Source: Gemmatimonadales bacterium
GTDB taxonomy: Bacteria; Gemmatimonadota; Gemmatimonadetes; Gemmatimonadales; GWC2-71-9
Direction of reading: 5' to 3'
Length of the DNA stretch: 13,027 nt
Assembly (NCBI GenBank): GCA_039794085.1
Contig: JBDIWC010000079.1
Span: 1-13,027, forward strand
The translations under genes and the position numbers were made by a program. Below the pieces are notes generated by a model. The model was not told where the DNA came from and did not search any database. It worked only from the letters and a program-made list of their open reading frames with translations. Positions 1 through 9,593 of the stretch are shown here, in pieces (positions within the stretch are counted from its first letter, which is position 1; each line of letters begins with the position of its first letter).

Positions 1-122
1 TCCCCAGCGCACGCTCAACCGGGTCGCCGACGAACTCAACGGCCGACCCCGGAAGACACTGGGGTTTCTCACCCCGGCGGAAGTCTTTCACCAAGCTGTT
101 GCATCGATCCCCTGAACCCGCA
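1..122 (+). mobile_element. IS30-family insertion sequence, right end (truncated by window edge)
   Basis: Transposase C-terminus in frame 2, plus a 26-bp terminus at 97-122 whose reverse complement TGCGGGTTCAGGGGATCGATGCAACA fits the IS30-type end pattern TG..G.TTCA...G.TC.A.GCAACA. The stop codon lies inside this terminus. Confidence 0.85.
2..115 (+). CDS. IS30-family transposase, C-terminal fragment (partial)
   Basis: Manual translation PQRTLNRVADELNGRPRKTLGFLTPAEVFHQAVASIP* carries the IS30 signature LN.RPRK.LG..TP.E; TGA at 113-115. Not in the supplied ORF track. Confidence 0.9.
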   Translation, partial: PQRTLNRVADELNGRPRKTLGFLTPAEVFHQAVASIP

Positions 123-168
123 ACTTCAAACTTCAAACTTCCCTTCGCGTCTTCGCGGCTTCGCGTGA
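123..168. repeat. 7-mer (ACTTCAA) tandem followed by 8-mer (CTTCGCGK) triplet
   Basis: ACTTCAA ACTTCAA ACTTCCC (123-143), then CTTCGCGT CTTCGCGG CTTCGCGT GA (143-168). The same motifs recur at 12801-12826 and 12873-12900. Confidence 0.85.
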
Positions 169-195
169 ACCCATTCGCCAGGCCTCGCGTTGAGA

Positions 196-218
196 AGGGC
201 GAATGTGATTCGCCCCTA
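196..218 (-). repeat. GTAG-tagged REP-like palindrome
   Basis: Perfect 9-bp arms AGGGCGAAT-GTG-ATTCGCCCT; the minus strand reads GTAGGGCGAATCACATTCGCCCT, a GTAG tag followed by a hairpin. Confidence 0.7.
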
Positions 219-348
219 CGATTTCACCTCCTCCTTCAAACTTCACGCGTCCCACCTTCCCACTTCATCTGTTGCGCCCTCGCGGGACGACACTGTCCTC
301 CACGTGATTATCATGCGGGGTGGACCTGACTCATGCCCGGGAGACCCG

Positions 349-639
349 ATGGACACCTCCGCGCCTGTTCTCCATGATCTCGACCGGAACCAGTTCACAC
401 TTTCCTGCGGCAGCGACACCGCCATCCTGCAATACAACGTGGTCCGTCCCGGGCTGGTGGACTTTCAGAGCACGTGGGTACCTCCCAGCCACCGGGGCCG
501 AGGGTCGGGAGCCCGGCTGGTGCGACACGCCCTCGATTGGGCGCGAGCGGAGGGATTCCGGGTCATCCCCTCCTGCTGGTTCGTGGCCGAGTTCCTCAGT
601 CGGCAACCGGAATACCGGGACCTGGACGGGAGGAGGTGA
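349..639 (+). CDS. Small GNAT-family N-acetyltransferase (YjdJ-like / Acetyltransf_CG)
   Basis: Motifs STWVPPSHRGRGSGARLV (acetyl-CoA loop) and VIPSCWFV. ATG at 349 with GGGAG at 339-343 gives 96 aa; the upstream part of ORF 190..639 is repeat DNA. Confidence 0.9.
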   Translation: MDTSAPVLHDLDRNQFTLSCGSDTAILQYNVVRPGLVDFQSTWVPPSHRGRGSGARLVRHALDWARAEGFRVIPSCWFVAEFLSRQPEYRDLDGRR

Positions 640-724
640 TGGGGGATGGGTGTCGGGTGATGGGTATTGGGTGATGGGTATTGGGTGTTGGGTAACAGGT
701 ATTGGGTAACGGGTATTGGGTATT
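634..724 (+). repeat. Heptamer tandem array, 13 units, consensus GGGTRWT
   Basis: AGGTGAT GGGGGAT GGGTGTC GGGTGAT GGGTATT GGGTGAT GGGTATT GGGTGTT GGGTAAC AGGTATT GGGTAAC GGGTATT GGGTATT, between convergent genes. Confidence 0.95.
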
Positions 725-767
725 GGGGTCCGTAGGTACCGGCGCTGTCATCGCGAGGCGGAGGCTG

Positions 768-2372
768 TCAAAACCGCGACCGCATCAACGGCACATCCGC
801 TCCCGCCCACGCCGCGCGGGCCCGGAACGCGATCTCCTCGGTCGGCTTCCCCTGCATGCGGTAACTCTCCGTGAGCCCCGCCAGGGCCCACCCGTTTTCC
901 GGATTCCGCTCCAGATCCTCCTGGTACACCACCTCCGCCTCGGCAGGCCGGTTGGCCTCCAGCAGCGCCGCGCCGAGGAAGTGCCGCACCGGCTGATGCC
1001 AGAATGGGGGCTCGTTGTAGAGGAGCCCGTCCTCCACGACCACCGCATCCCGATAGGCCGCGATCGCCTCGGTCATCCGCCCGGCGCGCTCGTGGATGTC
1101 TCCGGTCAGCACCAGCAGCCCGACCCGAGCCGTCTCCCGAAAGACCCCCTCGGGAATGGTGGACAGCCGGTCCCGGATCGCAGTGGCGGTCTCTTCCGCC
1201 TCTGCCGTGTGTCCCGTCGCGCTGAAGGCCATCCCCCGGGCATACATCGCGAGCGCCGACGCGAGGGGGAGGTCGTCGGGCACCGGCGGAAGCGCCAGGA
1301 TGTCGTCCCATTTCCCGAAGGTCTGCATCACCAGATGGGCATAGGGCACCATCGGTTCGGTCCACGGCACCTCGCGCGCCGTTTCCGGGGTGATCGCGCT
1401 GGCGACGGCGCGGGCCGCACTGATCGCCTCGCCGCTCATGCCCGCGAAGGTGGCGGCGTGGGCCAGAAAATGGAAATTGTGGGGGACGTACGCCGCCGCG
1501 TAGATCCCCTCGGGACGCCGGTCACCCAGCCATTCGGCGTCGGCGTGGGTGGCGTGACGATTCGCCTCCACCGCCTCGTGATAGCGCCCCACCCGCACGT
1601 AGATGTGGGCTGGCATGTGCACCAGATGGCCCGCCCCCGGCATCATCGACGCGAGCCGCTCCGCGCACCACACCGCGCGCTCCGGTGCCACCGCCTCCAC
1701 GGCATGAATGTAGAGATGGCAGACGCCGGGATGATCGGGCGCGCCGTTCACCAGGGAGTCGAGCCGCGCCAGGAACACTGCGGTGCCCGGCGCGGGTGTC
1801 CGGTCGGGGTTCCAGTAGTCCCAGGGCCGCAGGTTCATCGCCGCGTCGACGCTCAGGAGCCGGGCATTGTCGTCATCGGGGAAGAAACGGATCACCGGAT
1901 CGAGCGCCCGGACCCAGGCGCTGTCCCGAACGGCCCGGTCCACCCCCGCGGGAGTGCCGTAGCGCTGGGCCAGTGCCTCGACCAGCAGGCGCTCCACCGG
2001 CGGAGTGGTGGAATCGATGACCGACGCCGCATGACCGATCGCCTCCACCGCCCGGACCTCGGCGGCGGAATCCATGGGGGCATTGAGGTTGGGCCCCAGG
2101 GCAAACGCGATGCCCCAGGCGCACATCACGCAACTGGAGTCGCGCCGCAGGGCCTCCTCGAAGGAGAGGATGGCATCGGGGTGGTTGAAGGCCCAGGTGA
2201 GGCGCATCCCCTGGTTGTAATAGGCCTGGGCCGTGGAGTCTCGGGTGTGGACGGGCCAGGTGTAGCTGCCCAGATCGTCATGCAGGACAATCAAGGGAGG
2301 TTCCGGGGTGGCGCATCCCAGTGCCACCAGGGCGCCGAGCGTCAGGTTCCAGGTTCGTCTCGTCAATCGCAT
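768..2372 (-). CDS. Tetratricopeptide-repeat-like lipoprotein of unknown function
   Basis: ATG at 2372 (GGAG just upstream) gives MRLTRRTWNLTLGALVALGC, a lipobox signal peptide. Helical repeats (AQAYYNQGMRLTWAFNHPDAILSFEEAL; LGAALLEANRPAEAEVVYQEDLERNPENGWAL) and motif GHLVHMPAHIY. 534 aa. Confidence 0.85.
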   Translation of the reverse strand: MRLTRRTWNLTLGALVALGCATPEPPLIVLHDDLGSYTWPVHTRDSTAQAYYNQGMRLTWAFNHPDAILSFEEALRRDSSCVMCAWGIAFALGPNLNAPMDSAAEVRAVEAIGHAASVIDSTTPPVERLLVEALAQRYGTPAGVDRAVRDSAWVRALDPVIRFFPDDDNARLLSVDAAMNLRPWDYWNPDRTPAPGTAVFLARLDSLVNGAPDHPGVCHLYIHAVEAVAPERAVWCAERLASMMPGAGHLVHMPAHIYVRVGRYHEAVEANRHATHADAEWLGDRRPEGIYAAAYVPHNFHFLAHAATFAGMSGEAISAARAVASAITPETAREVPWTEPMVPYAHLVMQTFGKWDDILALPPVPDDLPLASALAMYARGMAFSATGHTAEAEETATAIRDRLSTIPEGVFRETARVGLLVLTGDIHERAGRMTEAIAAYRDAVVVEDGLLYNEPPFWHQPVRHFLGAALLEANRPAEAEVVYQEDLERNPENGWALAGLTESYRMQGKPTEEIAFRARAAWAGADVPLMRSRF

Positions 2373-2433
2373 GATCTCCACCGTGCTGGACTCGGGCGAC
2401 GCTGGGCATCGCCCTTGGGTGCATAATCCACCC

Positions 2434-2461
2434 CCTATCACCTATCGCCTATCGCCTACGA
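2434..2461. repeat. Short heptamer tandem (CCTATCR)
   Basis: CCTATCA CCTATCG CCTATCG CCTACGA. Confidence 0.75.
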
Positions 2462-2466
2462 ACTCG

Positions 2467-2507
2467 CCCTCACCCCTGACCCCTCTCCCGCATGGCGGGA
2501 GAGGGGA
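2467..2507. repeat. BoxC-like palindromic repeat
   Basis: Pyrimidine tail CCCTCACCCCTGA followed by a perfect 12-bp hairpin CCCCTCTCCCGC-ATG-GCGGGAGAGGGG (2480-2506), resembling the enterobacterial BoxC layout. Confidence 0.7.
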
Positions 2508-2563
2508 ACCGGCATCCGGAGTGTCGCCGTGCTTGGACGGCCTCGCCCTGTCCCGAGGGGCGA

Positions 2564-4386
<1,823 letters not shown>

Positions 4387-4388
4387 TC

Positions 4389-4477
4389 ACCGCGCTCCCT
4401 TCGCCGGTATCAGCCGGATCAGGTTCCAAGGGTGCGTCTCAATCCCCGGCAAAACCCCGAGAGATGCCCCTGGCGGT
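4389..4477 (-). ncRNA. TPP (thi-box) riboswitch aptamer
   Basis: Minus strand ACCGC-CAGGGG...TGAGA-CGC-ACCCTTGGAACCTGATCCGGCTGATACCGGCGAAGGGA-GC-GCGGT contains the conserved UGAGA and ACCUGAUC...GCGNAGGGA blocks with P1 ACCGC/GCGGT, directly upstream of thiC. Confidence 0.95.
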
Positions 4478-4536
4478 CTCTGAAGGGTACCGGCGGGAGG
4501 GGAACGGGTCAACCCGGCGCACCCCCCACGAAATCA

Positions 4537-4700
4537 ACCACGGAGACACAGAGAACACAGAGGGTGCATCGCGCCGACCAGGGCTCCACGATCCGATCCC
4601 GCCCAGAGAAGGGTGGGGAGGCCCCTCCCCATCGCCCCGTCAGGCAAACCGAAGCCCTTCGCCTGCGCCGCACTCTCTGTGACCTCCGTGTCTCCGTGGT
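4537..4700. repeat. Inverted-repeat element built from 9-mer triplets (MITE-like), 164 bp
   Basis: Left arm ACCACGGAGACACAGAGAACACAGAGGGTGC (4537-4567) matches the reverse complement of 4670-4700 at 27/31; central hairpin TGGGGAGG-CC-CCTCCCCA (4614-4631). Confidence 0.85.
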
Positions 4701-4710
4701 GAACTCCACT

Positions 4711-4801
4711 CCCCCTCCCGCCGTGCACCTGCGGGGAGGGGCCCAATACCCAACACCCAACACCCAGAACCCCAGGGGAGGGCCAGGGGGTGGGCCGGGG
4801 G
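4711..4801. repeat. BoxC-like hairpin, heptamer tandem and G-rich tail
   Basis: CCCCTCCC...GGGAGGGG hairpin (4712-4741); CCCAATA CCCAACA CCCAACA CCCAGAA (4742-4769); then GGGGGAGGGCCAGGGGGTGGG. Confidence 0.65.
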
Positions 4802-4850
4802 TCAGGACCAATATCTCCCTATATTCCAGCACCCCAAACCGGCCAACTCG

Positions 4851-5336
4851 ATGACCCTCTCCTTCCATTCCGCCTCGGTATCCACCCTGGCTCTCGCCTC
4901 GCTCGTCGCATGCGGCAGCCCCGGCTCGCCGATCGCGGGGGCATGGCAGGTGGTGGAGCGGCAGTACACCCGGGGCGACTCCTCCTGGACCGAATCGGAC
5001 CCCCAGCCGAGCTCCTGGCTGTTCACTCCGGACGGCCACTATGGAGTGCAGGAGATCCGGGAGAGCGGTCCTCGGCCCCTCTTCACCGACTGGACCACCG
5101 AGCTCGAACGGCTCGCCGCCTTCGACGTGTTCCACGCCCACAGCGGCACCTGGTCCGTCGAGGGAGACACGCTCTGGATCACGCTTCAACTGGCCAAGAG
5201 CCCCAACACGATGACAGGGGAGACGGTGGGATACGCGGTCTCGTGGATCGGACCCGACCTCGTGCTGGCTCGGCGATCCGACGCCACCGGAGAACACCGG
5301 ATCACCCGACTGCGACGGTTCGCCGACGCGAGGTGA
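4851..5336 (+). CDS. Lipocalin-like domain lipoprotein
   Basis: Lipobox LVAC, then IAGAWQVV (lipocalin-like G.W motif), FTPDGHY and AHSGTWSVEGDTL; 161 aa, beta-strand pattern. No clear SD, so the start is uncertain. Confidence 0.75.
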   Translation: MTLSFHSASVSTLALASLVACGSPGSPIAGAWQVVERQYTRGDSSWTESDPQPSSWLFTPDGHYGVQEIRESGPRPLFTDWTTELERLAAFDVFHAHSGTWSVEGDTLWITLQLAKSPNTMTGETVGYAVSWIGPDLVLARRSDATGEHRITRLRRFADAR

Positions 5337-5416
5337 AGACGGTATTGACCCACTCTCCACTCCCCTTGATCTGACCGCCAGGACGACGCTGAACGGTACC
5401 CCGGCCGCGGGACCAC

Positions 5417-5447
5417 ATCCTGTCAATCCTGTGCATCCATGTTCTCA
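5417..5447. repeat. Solo 9-mer triplet arm (ATCCTGTNN)
   Basis: ATCCTGTCA ATCCTGTGC ATCCATGTT CTCA, same family and orientation as 8242-8288. Confidence 0.75.
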
Positions 5448-5563
5448 CACCCAATACCCCGGTGTGCGTCGGCCGCGATGGTCAGGCGTGCAGGTAGACG
5501 CTGTCCATGGACCGCTATGGTCCTGCGGGCACTCCTCGCCCTGTAACACCGAACGTCCCACAA

Positions 5564-5590
5564 TGAAACCTGCCGGATGGTCCACCCGTA
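5564..5590 (+). promoter_or_regulatory. Putative ECF sigma-dependent promoter
   Basis: TGAAAC (5564-5569)-N17-CGTA (5587-5590), 8 nt before the ATG at 5599. Confidence 0.4.
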
Positions 5591-5598
5591 TACCTGCC

Positions 5599-8037
5599 AT
5601 GCCATCACTCCTCTCCCTTGCCGATCTCCGGCATTCGATCCGGCTCCTCGCCCGGACCCCCGCCTTCTCCCTTCTGGTCGTCACCGTTCTCTCCGGCGGC
5701 CTGGCGGTCAGCATCTTCACCTTTGGCTTTCTGCATCGAGCCATGGTGGCGCCGCTCCCGCTCGACGAGGGAGAGCGCATCGTCCGGATTTCCGGCGCGG
5801 GCGACGGAGGGCGATCCGTCTCGCTCGACGCGCGCACCCTGGCCCTCATCCGTCCAACCGTCAGCACGCTGACGGACATCGGAATCTTCGTGGAGCGCGG
5901 AGCCACTCTGGGCAGCGGGAACAGCGTGCGCCCGATCGCCGTCACGGCCACGGAGCCCGCCCTGTTCACCCTCGCGCGGACTCCGGCGCGGCTCGGGCGC
6001 GTTTTCGTCGCAGAGGACATGGCGCCCGGGGCCGAACCGGTGATCGTCCTGAGTCATGCCCTCTGGCAGGGGGCACTGGGAGGAGACTCCTCCATCGTCG
6101 GACGCACGATCGAGGTTGGCGGCGCCCCGACCCGGGTGATCGGAGTGATGCCCCCGGGCTTCGGGTTTCCCGTGGCCTCCGAGTCGTGGGTACCGGCCGA
6201 GGGTCACCTGCTCGATCCGGTGGCGGCAGACATCACTCCGGTCGGCGCATTCGGTCGGGTGGCTTCCGGCGTGACCCGCGCCCAGTCCGAGGTCGAGCTC
6301 AGTGTGCAGGTCCGCCGGGTGCGAGCGGAAAGCCCGCCACGCGCGGGCGACGATCCCCTGGCGGACGGGGTTCTGCTCCGCAGCTTCCCGATGGCGCAGA
6401 TGGGTGAGGAGGGGCCGCTGGTGTTCGTGGTGCTGAACCTGCTTGCGGGCTTGATCCTCCTCCTGGCCTGTGTCAACGCGGGGAACCTGCTCCTTGCCCG
6501 GGCCGATGAACGGAGCCGGGAGATGGCGATCAGGCAGGCGCTCGGCGCCCCACGCGGTCGCTTGGCGATGCAGGGCATCTGGGACATCGTGGTGTTGTGC
6601 CTGGTGAGCGGACTGCTCGCCGCGCTCCTCTCCACCGCGGGTCTTCGGATGGTCGATGGCTGGGCCCTGTCCAATCTCACCGGCAATCTCGCCTTCTGGT
6701 GGCGCTGGGGATTTGACCGCACGGTGCTCCTGGCCACCGCGGGCTTCGTCGGTGGCGCAATTCTCCTGGTGGGCGGCCTCCTCTCCCTGCGGGCGGGGCG
6801 CGAACGGATTCTCGACACGCTGCGCGAGGGGGGGAACGGCTCGGTCGGCCAGTCCGGAGGCCACCTGGCCCGGACCCTCGTGCTCGCCCAGGTGGTGATC
6901 GTTTCTCTGGTCATGTTCGCCGGCGGGCTGGCGGGAATCGTCGGTCAGCGCGTGCTGACGGTCGACCTCGGGTTCGATCCGGCGCACTTGCTGGGAGCGG
7001 GGGTCTCCCTTCCTCAATCGCGGTTCCCCGAGGAGGGACTCTACGCGACCCACCTGTTGCTCGCCACCCGGCTGGAAGAGGAGCCGGGGATTGACGGCGT
7101 CATCATCCGTTCCACTCTGGCGGATCGTTCCGGCCCGGAGGGAGCCGTGGAGGTGGCGGGTCGTCCCGCCGAGACGGTGGCCCTCCCGCGTGCTCATGTG
7201 CAGGCCGTGTTGCGTCCGCTTGGACTCGTGGGCGCGTCACTGAGGGAGGGACGGGATCTCCTCCCCGGTGACGACCGGACCAGTGCCCCGGTGGCAGTGG
7301 TGAGCCAGGCGATGGCGCGGGAACAGTGGGGCGACGCCTCCCCGATCGGGCGGCAGCTCCGGCTCACTGGCATCGAGGGGCCCAACGCGCCCTGGCGCAC
7401 GATCGTCGGCGTGGTGGGCGATGTCCCGCTGGGCAACCCCTTGAGCCGGGACCGGAGTCCGCTGGCAGTCTATGTACCGTTGGGCCAGTTTCCCTCCCGC
7501 GGGGTGGACGTGGTGACTCGGCATGCGGGCGGTGAATCCGCCGGTCGCGCCGCCATTCTGCGGGCCCTGGCCTCGGTGGATCCGTCACTCCTTCCGAGTT
7601 CCGTCTCCAGCATGGGCGAAATCCTGCGGAAGAGCTCCCTCATCGCCACCTCCACCGCCCGGATGTTTGCCGGTTGTTTCGTCTTTGCTCTGCTGTTGTC
7701 CATCAGCGGCACCTACGGATTGATGGCCCGAACGGTGGTGCGCCGCACCCGCGAAATCGGCGTGCGCCGCGCCCTCGGCGCCACCGATGCGATGGTGGTC
7801 CGGATGCTGGTGTGGCAGGGAGGGAGGCACCTCGGCGTCGGTGCGGTGATCGCTCTCCCCCTCACCGTGCTGGCGGGCGTGGCGTTCGGCCAGGTGTTCC
7901 CGATCGGCACCGGGGTCGCGATCGCGACCGCGGGCGTCGTGGCGATCGTGGTCGGGGCGACGGTGCTGCTGGCGAGTTGGCTGCCGAGCCGCCGGGCCTT
8001 GCGGATTGCGCCAGTCGAGGTCCTGCGCGGGGAGTGA
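5599..8037 (+). CDS. ABC transporter permease with duplicated MacB-PCD/FtsX domains (ADOP-like)
   Basis: N-terminal DLRHSIRLLARTPAFS; two FtsX motifs, LLLACVNAGNLLLARADERSREMAIRQALGA and RRTREIGVRRALGA; C-terminal WLPSRRALRIAPVEVLRGE. Start at 5599 chosen by family length (alternative ATG at 5563). Confidence 0.92.
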   Translation: MPSLLSLADLRHSIRLLARTPAFSLLVVTVLSGGLAVSIFTFGFLHRAMVAPLPLDEGERIVRISGAGDGGRSVSLDARTLALIRPTVSTLTDIGIFVERGATLGSGNSVRPIAVTATEPALFTLARTPARLGRVFVAEDMAPGAEPVIVLSHALWQGALGGDSSIVGRTIEVGGAPTRVIGVMPPGFGFPVASESWVPAEGHLLDPVAADITPVGAFGRVASGVTRAQSEVELSVQVRRVRAESPPRAGDDPLADGVLLRSFPMAQMGEEGPLVFVVLNLLAGLILLLACVNAGNLLLARADERSREMAIRQALGAPRGRLAMQGIWDIVVLCLVSGLLAALLSTAGLRMVDGWALSNLTGNLAFWWRWGFDRTVLLATAGFVGGAILLVGGLLSLRAGRERILDTLREGGNGSVGQSGGHLARTLVLAQVVIVSLVMFAGGLAGIVGQRVLTVDLGFDPAHLLGAGVSLPQSRFPEEGLYATHLLLATRLEEEPGIDGVIIRSTLADRSGPEGAVEVAGRPAETVALPRAHVQAVLRPLGLVGASLREGRDLLPGDDRTSAPVAVVSQAMAREQWGDASPIGRQLRLTGIEGPNAPWRTIVGVVGDVPLGNPLSRDRSPLAVYVPLGQFPSRGVDVVTRHAGGESAGRAAILRALASVDPSLLPSSVSSMGEILRKSSLIATSTARMFAGCFVFALLLSISGTYGLMARTVVRRTREIGVRRALGATDAMVVRMLVWQGGRHLGVGAVIALPLTVLAGVAFGQVFPIGTGVAIATAGVVAIVVGATVLLASWLPSRRALRIAPVEVLRGE

Positions 8038-8094
8038 TTCGGTCAGGGCAACACCGATTCACCCGGCCACGACCGCCCGGCGACGCGGGGAATC

Positions 8095-8284
8095 AACATG
8101 GATGGACAGGATGAACAGGATGCCGATCAACCCGCACACCGTGCTCGTCCCGCGCCCGCAACCTCCTCAGATCCCCTCGCGGGCTCGGGGCAGGCTCCTC
8201 GCTTTTGCTCGGGATGACGATCGAAATGACGACACGCGCGAATCCTGTTCATCCTGTTTATCCATGTTCCTGTTTATCCATGTT
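8095..8284. repeat. Inverted-repeat element of 9-mer triplets enclosing a REP-like sequence
   Basis: AACATGGATGGACAGGATGAACAGGAT (8095-8121) matches the reverse complement of 8242-8268 at 25/27; extra 16-bp duplication CCTGTTTATCCATGTT at 8269-8284. Lies between convergent genes. Confidence 0.85.
8169..8219 (-). repeat. CGTC-tagged REP-like repeat
   Basis: Minus strand CGTCATCCCGAGCAAAAGCGAGGAGCCTGCCCCGAGCCCGCGAGGGGATCT begins with the CGTC tag and has the GTCATCCCGAGC..AGCGAGG..ATCT layout. Confidence 0.55.
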
Positions 8285-8285
8285 C

Positions 8286-9593
8286 TCATTTCCTGGCCTC
8301 TCGCCCACGGATCCGGTACAAGCGGACCTGTTGTACGTCGAGTTCATCGCGAGAGAGTCCGAGGATGTAGTCCCCGCCGATGTCTGTGATCTCGAGTGAG
8401 GCGGGGGTGGACACCACACCCTGCAAGACTCCGTTTCGATCGAAGACAAGCCATTCCTGCACCCCGCCGTATCCCGCCCATGTACGAACCCAGAGTTCCC
8501 CCTCTGTGTCCACCACGATTCGATCGAAGTAGGGGTGCGTGTCGCGGCTGGCTGGCTCGGCCTCTTCACTCTGGTCTGCCGGACCCCCGATCTGGGCCAG
8601 GAGCGCACGCCGCCGTTCTTGACGCGCGCGGGCCTGCTCCCGAACCCACTTCCGGTCGGCGGTGCTGACCGCACGCGGCTTCGCGGCCCAGCGAACGATC
8701 CGCTGAAGGCGGCCGTCGGCCGACCACACCTGCACTTCCGGCAGATCACTCGGGCCCCCGTAAAGCGCGTTCTCCGCGGCGAAGACATGGCTGTCATTCC
8801 CGTAAAGGACGGGTCCGATGCTGACGGTGTTGCCATGCCGGCTTACGACTTCTTCCCGCCCAGGAAGCACCGTGAGGGTATCTGCCGTGCCGTCTCGCGT
8901 TGCCCGCATCCAGGTCACCGGCTCCCGGCGGTCGCCGGGCAGGGCATTTCTCGTTCCCGCCACCGAGAGGCCGGGCGTGATCAGGACAGATCCGTCTGCA
9001 AACCAGCCATGGTCGGCAACCACGAGGCCGGGAACGTCCCGCACCACTGTCACCCCGGAGAAGTCACCCCGCGGATCGAAGATGGTGATCCGCCGACTCC
9101 TGGCGTCCCACGCCGCGATGGAATCACCGCGAATCCGACCCACTGATCCCAACATGCGGAATTCGGCGGGGCCATCGCCCCCACCACCGATGTCGCGGAG
9201 ATGCGAACCGGTTCTGTCGTAGATCCGGACCCGGTTCGATCCGCCGTCGGCCACGGCGATCGTGCCGTTCCCAAGCCGGACCGCGTTTTGAACCTCGTTC
9301 AGCTGGTACTCTTCGGCGCCTCCCACCGTCCCGATGGTCACTTCGGGATCCGCCGCCACGGTCCAAGGTGTCTGGCCGCCCCACTCTGGACCTGCGTTTT
9401 CGCTTATGGTGATCCCTGCACTGTCGCGGATTCCGGTGGCTACGTGCACGACCGGTTCCCCGCCATCGGCGCACGCTGTAGCCAGCAGCAGGAGTGCGGT
9501 TGGCAGGTCAAGCCGTACCCCCCTATTTCCCCACCTGGGGTGCTGGCGGCTCGAGTTATCTTGCCTGACCCGCCGATCGAAACGCAGCTTCAA
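8286..9593 (-). CDS. 6-bladed beta-propeller (NHL-like) lipoprotein
   Basis: Lipobox LLLLATAC, RDSAGITISEN, blades IAVADGGSNRVRIYDRTGSHLRDIGGGGDGPAEF and RIVVDTEGELWV, C-terminal RDELDVQQVRLYRI. Best start is TTG at 9593 (GGAGGAGG 5 nt upstream), overlapping dsbA by 38 bp; start uncertain. Confidence 0.85.
   Translation of the reverse strand: MKLRFDRRVRQDNSSRQHPRWGNRGVRLDLPTALLLLATACADGGEPVVHVATGIRDSAGITISENAGPEWGGQTPWTVAADPEVTIGTVGGAEEYQLNEVQNAVRLGNGTIAVADGGSNRVRIYDRTGSHLRDIGGGGDGPAEFRMLGSVGRIRGDSIAAWDARSRRITIFDPRGDFSGVTVVRDVPGLVVADHGWFADGSVLITPGLSVAGTRNALPGDRREPVTWMRATRDGTADTLTVLPGREEVVSRHGNTVSIGPVLYGNDSHVFAAENALYGGPSDLPEVQVWSADGRLQRIVRWAAKPRAVSTADRKWVREQARARQERRRALLAQIGGPADQSEEAEPASRDTHPYFDRIVVDTEGELWVRTWAGYGGVQEWLVFDRNGVLQGVVSTPASLEITDIGGDYILGLSRDELDVQQVRLYRIRGREARK

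Noticed and set aside
702..2426. 574-aa plus-strand ORF
   Set aside because: Antisense shadow of the TPR-like gene in GC-rich DNA; starts inside a heptamer array and has no motifs.
2480..2506. Intrinsic terminator for thiC
   Set aside because: Strong hairpin but no U-tract on the minus strand; better explained as a BoxC-like repeat.
4509..7197. Minus-strand ORFs 4509..5426 and 5605..7197
   Set aside because: Antisense to the lipocalin-like and permease genes, with no recognisable domains.
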